Source of the DNA: Bilabrum cf. latius
Lineage: Eukaryota
NCBI GenBank assembly: GCA_965178125.1
Contig: OZ237766.1
Span: 682,001 to 746,000, forward strand
Length of the DNA stretch: 64,000 nt
Direction: 5' to 3'
Shown piece after piece: positions 12,675 to 24,039 of the stretch; the first letter of the stretch is position 1, and each line of letters opens with the position of its first letter. The notes under the pieces were generated by a model. That model had not been told where the DNA came from. It worked only from the letters and a program-made list of their open reading frames with translations, and did no database searches. The position numbers and the translations under genes were made by a program.

Positions 12675-15600
12675 ATGAACTTCGTTTGTTTGTTGCAGGT
12701 TCTGGTCGCTTTGTGTACGCTGCAAGCCAGGGACGCGGCGGCGCGCGGCAGCACTCGTGGTAGCTCAATATCGCTACAGCCCGGACAGCTCCTTGCAAGA
12801 TCTGCGAATGGGCCCATGAAACTGTATGCACTCGAACCAAAGTACCATGCGACCGCATGGTGGCCTCGCTTTGTGCAAGCTGCGGAGATGCTAAAGATTG
12901 GTCGTAGTATCGAAGCCGAGCACCTGTTTCGAGGCGCTCTGCAGCAGGGAGGCATCCCAGACGACGCTGCGGCGTTTGCACACGGCATGCTCGCATCATT
13001 ATTAGCGTCGAAGTTGCAGCTGGAGGAGGCCGCGACGCAGTGGCACCTGTCCGCATCACACTGGCGCGCGGCAGGCCCGGCGCGCTTCCACTCGATGCAG
13101 AGAGACAGAGGCGGTCCCGCCAGCGGTGCAGCGGCACAGCGCAACCGCCAGCATCACATAATTGCATCGGATTCAAGCGATAACCCCCCTCCCGCTCGGC
13201 CCAGGCAGCTTGCAGCGGACCCGGCCCGTCACTCGATGGCCGCTGCCGCGCTTGCGCAGGAGATGCTGGGCAGGCAGGCCGAGGCCGGGGCGGCGCTGCG
13301 GGAGGCGACGGACGAAGAAGATTCGGAGCCGGAATTCGGATCGGGTTGGGAACGGGGGTCCTCTTCCCCCTCCAGCGCGCTTGCACTGCACTGCAGGGCC
13401 GGGATGTCCCTGCGCGATGCGGACTTGCAGGCCTTCGCCTCCTGGGGTAGGCGGGCGATCGAGGCGGCGGGGGCGGCGGGTGGGTTCCGGGCGAGGAGCA
13501 GGGAGGGGGCTGGTGAGGGTGCATCGCATGCAGGTGCGGGTGGGAGGTATCCTGGTGTGACGAGTGGTCCCAGTCCTGGGTCACGGCTTGGGCGTGGGCG
13601 TGGGCGTGGGCGTGGGCGGGGCAGGAGCCATCACGGGAGGGGGAGGGGTGCGAAGATGCCGGTGACATTGGAGGAGGGTCCATTGCATCCTTTGGGAAAC
13701 AGGGGTGCGATCGATGGCGTGACGAGTGAGGAGGAACGCGCCGGTAGTGTGACGAGCGGGGATGCCATCAGCAGCAACTCCAAATCGACCCCAAGCACGA
13801 GTAAAAGACAAGAACTACGACAAGGACAAGCAGAGGAAGCAGCCCCAGTCTGCGAGGAGGACGGTCGCGGGCGCATCGCGGTGGTGGAGTGCCTGGCCTC
13901 TCGCGTGAGGCATCGGTTCAGGGCTCCGATCGATCTGATCCCGTGGGTCATGCGCAGCGTGGCGCTGCGTGGGATGCAGAGGCGCCCCCCAGCGGGAGCG
14001 TTGTTCCCTGGGGGCATGCGGGCCGCGGAGGAGCTGGCAGTGGCTGGGGTAGCGAGCGGGCTGGGGGGCGGGGCGGCGACCGTGGGAACACATAGCGGTG
14101 TGACGAGTGATGGCGGCGGCGCATCGCATGGTTATGACGTTGACGGCGGTACGGGTGCACTGCATGATAGTGGGAGGGATCCGATGGCGGCGGGCCGTCT
14201 CGATGGCGGCTGGTGGTGGGGCGGGCCGCATGCGGGTGCATCGCACGGTGGAGCAGGTGCATCGCACGGCACTGAAGTGAACGCGACTCAGCTGTGGTAG
14301 GAATCAGTGCACGCGTCCAGGTCGCATTGGACGTCTTTGGCCTCCTGCGTGCTAGCTGTGGAGAGGGGGGAGTGGGAGCGGGGGCTGTGGGCTCTGCACA
14401 TGCGGCTGGGGTAGTCCCTGCAGGACGTGGGGCTGCCCCTGCAGGCGGGGAGGCACTTTGGGAAGGTGCCTCTCGCGGCCAGGATTGCGGATCACTCGTC
14501 ACACGGTGGTGGTCACTCGTCACACCGGGAGGAGGCGTCCAGGCTCAGCGCGTGGACGCAGATCCACGCAGCCCTATCCCTGCCCCTCGTCCATTCGTCA
14601 CACCGTGCGATCCAGGAGGCCCGCTCCAGCCTGGTCCGCCGACTGACGAGTGCACTGGGCGAGGGGACCCGCATGCACGACGTGCACCGCGCGCCTGACC
14701 TGTATGCGACCTTCTTCGCCCTTGGGCACGCAGGCCCCTCTAGCTCGAGGCGGGTGATGGAGGACGCGGGGAGGCTGCTGGGGCGGGCCCACAGCCCGGT
14801 GCTGGGGTGGGAGGCGCCCTGGGTCAGGGTGGTCAAAGACGCGGTGGAAGGGGGAGGGGTGGCCAAAGGGACGGCCGCATTGGAGCCAGAGTCAGGAGTC
14901 GGAGGGATCGGTGGGAAGCATGCACCGCAGGGCAGTGCAGGCAGCGCGGGCCACGGAGCCAACGAATGGAAGGCACTGCGGTGGCTCTACGGGCTGTCTC
15001 TTAGACCCAGTGTGACGAATGGCGGGCAATCAGCCGCCTCCCTGGCCCGCCGCCCGCTGCCCCGCGAGGCCAGGCGGGCCCTCGGGAGGTGGATGGGGGC
15101 GCAGGTGCTGGCGCCGGCGGGGGCGAACGGCACGGCGGGAGCACACACGGGAATGGGCGGGATCGGTTCCGCGGGACCAACACTCTCCGTGCCCCACACC
15201 CCGCCCCCGCCCCTCCGTGTGGGGGTGCTCTCGACCCAGCTGCGGGACGGGCCGGAGGGGCACTTCCTGCGGCGGCTGGTCCAGAGGCTGGCGGTTGCAA
15301 CCGGTGGAGAGGTTGCAACTGGTGGCGGGTTGGAGTGCAGGTTGGGCAGCCGGGTGGCGGCGGCGAGGGAGGGCAGGAGGGCGGGCGTGTCCTGCCAATG
15401 GGTCAGGAAGGGGGGGAGGGAGGGGAGCAGTGGTGGTGGGGGCTTGCAGCATGCAAGGCAAAGCTCACAATCCCCTGGACTTGGTGTTCCCCCGGAGATC
15501 CAGGTGGTGCTGGTGCTGCCCCGACCAACCGGTGACGCGGTCACGAGGGCGGCCATGGGGGCCGCGCACACGGTGCTGCGCCTGTACGACCACTCGTCAC

Positions 15601-17873
15601 ACAAAGGACACTCGTCACACCGAGTTTGGACCCTGGAGGCCAGCCGGGAGGCCGTGGCCCGGGAACAGCTGGACGTGCTCGTGGTCTCTGACGGCGGCTT
15701 GGACGCCCGGATCTACGCTCTCCTGCACGCCCGGATGGCCCCGGTGCAGGTGCTGCTTCTCGCGGCGCAGTCCTCGCTCAGCCTTACTTCCGGTTTGCCC
15801 CACTCCGTGGACTACGTGGCGAGCGGGGACGGGCTGGCGGGTCTCGGCTGGGACGGGGCAGTGTCTGAGCAGAGCCTGCGGGTGGGTCCCCTGGGTCTCC
15901 TAGCCGCGCCACTTTAGCCACCCTCTGCTGGGGAGCACTGGGAGGCCGTGTCAGGCGCCGGTCTGCTGGACGGAAGGAGGTACGTGCTTGTTCCCCGGCC
16001 TCTGATGGCGCTGCACCCTGCCATGGACGAGGCCATCGGGGCGATCTTGAGGGTGGCCAAAGAGGATCCAACGGAGGTTGGTCAAACTCGCGGCACAGCA
16101 CAAGGCGTGGGCAGCTCTGGCAGCAACTAGGACAAGACGCAGGCAGACCTCGTGACGAGTGGCAAGCTCCATCCACCGGTGGACTCCCAGCCTCATCAAC
16201 CCCTTCCAACCAGCAGTCCGACTCCTTCCCCTCCTCTCCCCCCGATCGAGCTGCTTGCGATGGGGGAACAAGGTCAGGGGGCCTGGCTCTCGCGGGCCAT
16301 CGCGCGGCTGCGGCACTCGCCACACGTGGGTGCGGAACTCGCAAGGAACGTTCGTTTCCTGGAGCAGGGCCCGAGGCGCCGCTTCTGGGCGCTGCTTCGG
16401 GCGGCTGACGTGGTGCTCGACTCGTTCCCTGCGGGCGGGGGCGCATCGGTGCTTGAGGCGTATCTCCTGGGGGTGCCCGTGGTGAGCTGTCCCCGGTGCG
16501 GGGGCCCCGGGGGTCAGCGGGGTCATGGGTCCCCTGGGGGTGGGTCTGGGAGCCGGAGCGTGGGTCGCGCGCTGGCAATCGCGCTGGACAGGAGACTGCA
16601 AGGAGTGTTGCTGTCAGGGAACAATGGAGGTAGTGTGACGAGTGATGGGCTGGACCTGGAGAGGGCGGCGAGTGCTGTGCAGCGGGCCGTGCAAGGTGCC
16701 AGGCCGGCAGTGCGCGAGAACACGGTGAATGCAGGGGCAGGGAAGAGGCACGAGGTGCAGGTGCAGGAGGAGGAGGAGGTGCAGGGACATGGGAAGGAGA
16801 AGCAGAAGGGAGCTTACATCAAGAAGGATAAGGGTGGCAGCGAAGGTTCCAGCAGCAAGAACGCAAGTGGTGGGGTCGATGCCCTCGATGGTGGACAGCA
16901 GGTGGCTGCACTGCCGGCAGCAGATGGGGGAAGTAGCCCAGGGCACGCAGAGGCTCGCGCTGCAGTGCAGTGCGCCCGCGCCCTCGGCCCCGGCGCCCTG
17001 CAGAGCCACCTGGTTGCGACCAACATAAGCGGTGTGACGAGTGCGGTCCGCGCTCTCCTGCGCAGGCCGGGTCCGTCCCGGTTGGCTGGCTCTGGTGCGG
17101 GCGCGCCAGGAGTCGGTGGGTCCGGGTCCGATTGGGGGAGGGCTGGGCGTATGCAGGATCCGCCCCTGCGCGTATGCTTGCGGGCGGTGCTGCGGTGCCT
17201 TGGGCCCCCCTTGCTGGTGTGGGGCGGGGACTCGCAGCTGGGCCACACGAAGAGGAAGGGGGGGGCGAGGCAATCGGAGGACAGGGGTCCGTGGGTTGGG
17301 GTGCCTTGCGCCCGGGCGGCAAGGGCGATGGTGGCTGGGTCCTCCACCTCTGGACCGGGGGCTGATGCGGGGGATATTACCGGTGCCGCTGGTGGCTTGC
17401 TAGAAAGCGGCGATGATGCGGAGGTGCAGGTGCAGGCGCAGGTGCAGGTGCAGGTGCAGGAGCAGGAGCTGGATGAGTGGGTGGAGCTGCTGGCCCGTCT
17501 GGGGAAGGGGTGGAGGGGTGCGCGGGCGGGTCTGGAGCACTTGCCACGCTTCCAAGAGGCGGTGGCGGCGCTTGAGAAGAAGAAAAGTGCCAGTGGCAGT
17601 GCCAGTGCAAATGGGGGTGGTGCCGGGTCGAAGTCAGTCCAAAGGAGCAAGAGACGAAAGAAGAGCGTCACTGTTTCCTCGGGGGAGAAAGCGTCGGGAC
17701 GAAGAAGAAATACTGGCAATTTTGCGGATGCAAAAGATGGTGCTGGTGGCAGTAAAGCCCACTATGCTGCGCACGCAGGCGAGGGCGAGAGGCAATTGGA
17801 GCCGAGCAGCACGAGGAAATCGGCGGCGGAGGATCGCGGTCCACACCGAAGGCGAAGGCGCCGCGGGAGCTAA
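12675..17873 (+). CDS. TPR + GT41 (O-GlcNAc transferase/SPINDLY-like) glycosyltransferase with signal peptide and long low-complexity inserts (about 1730 aa)
   Basis: Motifs LRVGVLS, QLDVLVVSDGGLD...ARMAPVQV...TSGLPHSVDY and ADVVLDSFPAGGGASVLEAYLLGVPVV. One frame across TAGs at 14298, 14412, 15915 and 16128; ends TAA. Confidence 0.8.
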
Positions 17874-18049
17874 TGTGTGCCATGATATTGAATTAATGTT
17901 TGCAACTGAATTAAATCTATACTGCAATGGTTATATTGGCAGCCAGTATCCCAGCATTCAATTTAAACGTGTGCGATAGGTTGCGACCGGCCCGTGGACC
18001 GTTTAAATGGCCCGTCGGCGAGCAGGTGTTTGGCCATTCAAGGGAGGCA

Positions 18050-21000
18050 ATGGAATCTCGTTCCGAATCAAATGCGGTCCCCATGGCGACTAGAGATGAC
18101 TCTATCAAGTTCTATCTGCAGACGCCGGTGGAAGTGCTCGAGTCGAAGCTGGAGGCGGCAGAGATGAGCCTGGTCCAGGACGCAATGGCAGCAACGCCAC
18201 CTCACCGAGGATCAGGGCTTGAATCGCTCGCATTTGCTAGCAGCTGCAGCTCGGACGATCGTGAGACCTCCTTACACAGCCGAACAGAATCGTGCCGCGT
18301 TATCGAATGTCGTAGAAGGACAGCCCGCCGGGCCGGAACGAGTTGCACCACCTTGAATCGACGGTCGAGATGCGGCGAGGTATACTCACGTTTCGCAGCC
18401 CAATTTTGCATACCAATCGATATCGCAGTATTGAATTATTATGATGTAACGTGTTCGAGTCGTTCCACAACCGAGAGCCACGCATCGACGCTGGAATTGG
18501 CAAGTGCAGCCTCGTCTTGCGCAAGCGAGCAGGAGCGCGCATCGGAAGCGAACAGCCCACCGGTGCTACAGCTGGCCTCCCCGATGAGCGTGCGATCCAT
18601 GTCATCCATTTCCTCCGCGTCGCGCTCTCCCAACTGCGGAACAGCTTCTCGAGGCGGACGCTCGGCCGGCAGCCCGCCAGCCGTGGCCAGTGGATCCCCC
18701 GTGGGGACAGGTGACACCCCGGGGCCCAGGCGAGGGATTCGGTCTCCACCACTGCACCCGCGGGGAAGGATCGGATCATCCGCCGCCGTGCACGGGCAGG
18801 GGCACACCCGAGGCAGGACAGCTGCCGCCGGCGCCCCACGGCTGCCACGCAGCCGCTCCCTCTCCCTGGCCTCCGTGTCCTCCCTATGCTCGGACGGTGT
18901 GACGAGTGAACATTCCCACTCGTCACACCATCATGGCACACCAGACACGACCGCGCTGTTCCTCGTGCAGCGGGCCGCGCTATTGCAGCTCCGGGTCCGC
19001 ACCCCGGCCCCCGCCCCTGCCGAGGGGCTTCGGCTGCGGGCGGCGCACGGGCGGGCGCTGGGGCTGCTTGCCGAGCTCCAGCGCAGGGAGGGCCGGAGGC
19101 GGGCGCTGGGGAACAGGGCCGCCATCGCGCTGCGGGGGGCGGCCGCGGGGCTGCAGCAGCGGGTGGTTGCAACCGCCCCTGGGCAGGGCGGGTTCGAGTG
19201 GGCGGACCAGCGGCCCTGGGTGGAGCGGGAGGCCGCGGTGCTGCGGTCGCTGGTGGCCGCCCTGCATGCATCGCACGGTGGTGCGCCCGGGGTGGACGCC
19301 AGCAACGAGGTCCTTGGCCACGAGCAGCGGCTCCTGCTCGTCACACCTCCCCTGCACCCCGCTGACTCGCTCCTGTACGCCCGAGACCTCGTCAGGCACG
19401 CGGAGCTGTGCAGGGCCCCGGGGCAGTCGGACAACGACTCGGCCAGGCACGCGGGGAGGAGATCACTGGCGCAGGCAGCCGCGGTGGCGGCCGCGGTGCT
19501 GGAGTCGCTGTGCCCTGGGGTCGTGGCGGAGGCGTCCGGGGTCGAACCCGGGAGCGAGGGCGACGTGGCGCGGGCGCTGTGCGATTCATTTTCGCTCTGC
19601 CGACGGGATGCCGACGCGCAGGAGAAGGAGGGTGAGGCACGGCTCCGATCGACAGCCGCCTCCGGTCATCATCGTCACGACGAGGAGCAGCAGCAGGTCC
19701 AGCAGCCGCTGGGTGAGGCACAGCTCCGATCGGCACAGCAGGCCGCGTTGTGTCTCGCCGACGCGCTGCTGGAGCTGGCCTGCGATTACGGGGCCAGGAG
19801 GGCTGCGAGGGCTGCCCGGCGGGGAACAACGGGAGTGTAGGTCGTCGAGGCGGTTGCAACCGCAAGTACCGGTGCTGGTGCTTGTGCCGGGGGTGTTAGC
19901 GGAACCGGGCCCCAGCAGCCGTGGCGCCGCGCCGAGTCGTTGCTCAGGGGGGTGCTCCGCAAGGAGGCCGCCAAGCTGCTGGGGCACGTCGCGGGGGGTC
20001 TGCCCGCGACTGGTGTGACGAGTGGTGGGGCCGGTGGGGCTGGTGGTGCGGCTGGACTGCGGCTGCAGGAGCGGCAGCAGCGGGCGACTGCCGCGTGCCC
20101 CGCCGTGGGGTCATTCGAGGGGATGGCCAGGGCGGGGACGCCCCTCCGGCTGCTCGACTCGTTCCTGGTCCTGTGCGGCGGGGGTGCATCGCACTGCAGC
20201 GGCACCTCGGAAGCGGAGGTGCATTTGGCCGCGAGGGCGGCGGAGGACTCGGAGCTGAAAGGCATGCTGCTGCGGGCGGGGCGCGTGGCAGCCCGGGGTG
20301 CGGCGCAGCTGGGGGCCATGCCCCCGCACTGGGGTCTGGTGCTGACCCCTGAGGGGCGTGACGAGTGCGGGGCGTTGTCCCGGTCTCTGTTCTTGGCTCG
20401 CACGGTGCTGCGCGCGGCGGGGCGCGGGCACGCGCAGGGTGGGTCCGTGGCTGGTGTGACGAGCGCGTGGGCCCACACGGGCCGCGCGCGTGCCGTTGTG
20501 GAGGCGACCCGGAGGGGCGAGGAGGAGGCGTGGGCGGCGTTCTGCGCGGGTGCATCGCACGGTGGTGCAGGGCACGGTCAGGTGCACGTGCAGGTGGTGG
20601 AGCTGGACAGAGACTCGGAGGAGGGTGGGAGCGATGGGGCTGACGTGGTGGATGACGTGGATGACGTGGTGGCACCCGCATCCCCGGACCTCCGGGCGCT
20701 CCCGAACAGCCCAGTGCAGGAGCAGGAGCAGGGTCAGAAGGAGGAGGAGGAAAGGGGAGCTGAACCCGCCGGCCGCATCGACGTGGGGAGCTGCGCGGAC
20801 GCAGTCACAGCCAAAGGCACGGACTGTGTGGCCCGCTCGCTCGCGGCTGCCTTTGAGGGGGAGGCACGGGGTGCATCGCACGGTGGCGCGCAGGGCATGG
20901 CGTGCCGGTCGCAGCGCAGGCGCAGTCCGCCGGCCTCTTCACCCGGGTCCGTCAAAGAGGCTCTGCCGGCCCCCGCCGCATCCGCATCCGCATCCGCGTC

Positions 21001-21805
21001 CACCGGTGGATTTGGATTGCCCCCCCGCGGGATCCTCCGGCGCCGCCGCTCCGACTCGTCGGCGTGCTCAGAGACTGGGTGTGGGTCCGAGGGCACGCCC
21101 CTGCTGGCGTGCGCGGCGCCGTCCACCTGGAGCGGAACCTCGGTGCGCGGCGCCGGGTCACGGTCCGTGTGCAGCGACCCCTCGTCCTCCTCCTCCGGGC
21201 CCCGGTCGCCCCCCCCGCGTGGATGCTCCCTGCCGCGGTCCCTTTCCGGCTCCGGGTCTTGCGCATCCAGCGTGGATGGGTCCTTCGGCGGCGAGGCAGG
21301 TGTGGGCTCGGGCATGGGGCTGGGTGTGGGGTCTCGCCCCCGGGGGGGAAGTAGGGTGCGGTTCTGTCCGCCCGCTGTCCTGCTGGTGCGCGGGCGGGCG
21401 GACGGGGGCGAGGGCGAGGGAGGGGAGGCGCTTAGCCCGAGTGTGAGCGTGCGGGAGGGGCGCCGCGGCGATGAGGACTCGGCCTGCCAGTGGGGTGGGT
21501 TTGGTGTGACGAGTGAGGACCGGGAGGGGGGTTCCTCGTCGTCGTCGGAGGGGGAGGGGGCTGGTGGCCTGTCGGTGGCCAGTGCGCTGGAGGAGGCCAG
21601 GGCAGAGCGGTGTGCCGAGGCCGTGGCGGAGTTGTAGCGTGTGCTTTTGGAGGCGAGGAATAGGGCTAGGCAGAAGGAGATGGCTGGCGAGGGGTTCGGC
21701 GAGCACGGCGGCTCGGCCGTGGCTGCTGGTGCGCTCGCTGAGGCAGGCTTGAGCGTCCAAGGAGGGAACGAAGAGGCCCGGGAGATGGGAAGGGCCGGTC
21801 TATGA
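18050..21805 (+). CDS. Hypothetical Ala/Gly/Ser-rich protein
   Basis: ORFs 17927..19840 and 19940..21637 share a frame, joined by TAGs at 19838 and 21635; ends TGA at 21803-21805. A small intron near 18380-18450 is possible. Confidence 0.6.
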
Positions 21806-22225
21806 GCCCCCGACACTAAGTAATTGTAAGGACTTGCGTATTTCTATATAATGGTACAGCTTACATAGCTACGAGGCGAAAAGCCACGCATTGCCGTAAA
21901 GCCGACTGAACGACTGGCCTTGGCCTGTTGCGATCCATGCTGATGGATCGATAGGCGTACTAACATGCAGATTTGCCTCCTATTTGTCCCGCAGGTAGAT
22001 GCATTCGAATTAATGATGGCGCATTTCGGCTACGTTGGGCAAGGGTAGCACGGCATGAGTTTAGCTCTTGCCCTGTGGTGAACCGCCCAAGGAAGAATAT
22101 GAGAGCAGAAGTATAGAACTATACTGAAAGTGAATACAAAAGCAGCAGTCCAGTCCAGTCCAGTCCAGTCAGTATCCATGACGAATGGTCAAGTAGCTCG
22201 GCCACGACCAACGAACCGAAACGAA

Positions 22226-23896
22226 TCACACCTCGGCGGCCTTGCTCGTCCCGGTGACGTCGTTGTCGTGCGAGGACGGGATCCCCGGCGCTCCCCCCCT
22301 CCTGGTCTGCACCGAATCATCGATCCCATCCACGTCCTCGTCGTCCTCGGGTGCCAGCTCCTCGGCCCCCTCGGGCACGTACAGCTTCCCTTGCGCCCTC
22401 TGCAGCAGCGCCTGCTCGTACAGGGCCTGGATCCGCTCGAAGGTCTCCCACTGCAGGTCCTCGGGCTGCAGCACGGGGGCCAGCTGGGCCTCCTTCCTAA
22501 TCTCCCACTGCTTCTGCTTGAAGGTCCGGGCGTCTGCCCTCTTCCGCCTAGAGAGCCGCTTGTGGATGACGTCGTCCTCCTCCGGGGTCTGCCCGCAGGG
22601 GGACTTGAGCCAGAGCCAGGCGAAGCCAGCGAGCACCAGAGCACCCGCCACCGCGATGCCGGCCACGATGGCCAGAGAGGCCAGCTGGCCCTGCAGCGCG
22701 GACACGTCCGTGTTCTGCTGCCCCTCCCCCTACCCCTGGCCCCCAATGTCGCCGAAGTACTTCTCGTCCAGTGCCAGCTGGGCGTCGGTTCCGTAGAACT
22801 GCAGGATGGAGCGGGAGATGGTGTCCTGGAGGCCCGTCCTGGCCTTGTGCGGCGCAATCGCGATGGCGTACTGCTGCGCCAGCACAGTGTCGCCCACCAC
22901 CGTGTACTTCTTCTCCCCGTCATTGGCCTCCTCTGCCTGGATCCAGTTGAGGAGGACGGGGCGGTCGTACAGGAAGGCATCCCCCGTGCCGCTCCTGAAA
23001 GCGTCGAAGGCAGCCTCCACGCCTTCCGTGTACTCGATCTTGACCCCCACCACGTTGGAGAGAAGGTACTGCTGGGCGGAGGTGCCCCGGGGGCACACCA
23101 CCGTGCGGCCCTGCAGGTCGTCCACCCCCTGGATGTCCGTGGGGTTGTTGGCCGCCGCGATTGCCACGGTGGCGGAGGCGGTCAGCAGCACCGTGACGAT
23201 GGTGTTCGCCGCGGTGCAGACGTTGGCCACGGGCTGCGAAAGGGCCCCTGAGGGGAGGCGCACCCTCGACCCGAAGAGGAGGCTCGAGGTGAGCATCATG
23301 GAATCGAGGATGCCGCGGAGACCTTCTCGGAACACGGGCCGGGGCCCGGGCATCACCTCCTCTAGAACGAAGATGACAATGCCTCCCGCAAAGGAGAGCA
23401 TTGCGATTAGCATCACGAAGAGAAGCACGACACCTCCCATCGTTGCCACGAGGTGAGAGATCTGGTCCGAAACATCGGAGCTCGTGCGCGTCATCAGGGC
23501 CAGCCCCGTGTGAAAGAACGCCAAAGAGAAATCAACAATGAGCTCTCTTTGCGCAGTTGCGGTCATGGCGGCCAGGCCGATGTCCACAGTGCCGTTTCGA
23601 GCCGCGTTCAGGAGATCGACATTGGTGTCGTATCCGATTACCTCGAAGCTTGAGTAGTTCGCGCTGAGCCCGTTGCGCTGGGCCGCGGGCCAGACATGCT
23701 ACACCCACATATCGAACGAATACCCTCCCCATCCGTTCGTCGAGGAATCTGGAACCGGGTCCTAGTTCTCGATCGCCTCATAAGCAAAGGGCCGCACAGG
23801 CTTTGTGCCGACGCGAAGCACTCCCTGCTGCGCCAATGTAATAGATGCGGTCATCACTGTAGATAACATACATATCTTTGCCGGTGCTAGCTGCAT
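22226..23896 (-). CDS. Compact ionotropic glutamate receptor-like ligand-gated channel (S1-TM-pore-TM-S2-TM)
   Basis: Signal peptide, LRVGTKPVRPFAY, WEGYSFDMW, VDIGLAAMTATAQRELIVDFSLAFFHTGL, TM helices, IQGVDDLQG, DAFLYDRPVL, QYAIAI and a final TM. TAGs at 23762, 23699 and 22730; ends TGA. Confidence 0.85.
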
Positions 23897-24039
23897 GGTG
23901 CGAGCTGCCCCCAAACTAGTGCCGGAATAGTGGGGTTATCTGGTGGAAACCCCCGAAGTCTGCGCCAAAAATAACCTCACGCAACAATACAAAAATGTGG
24001 TTTGTTCATTTTACCCAATCCGATTAAGGCGCTAGCCCC

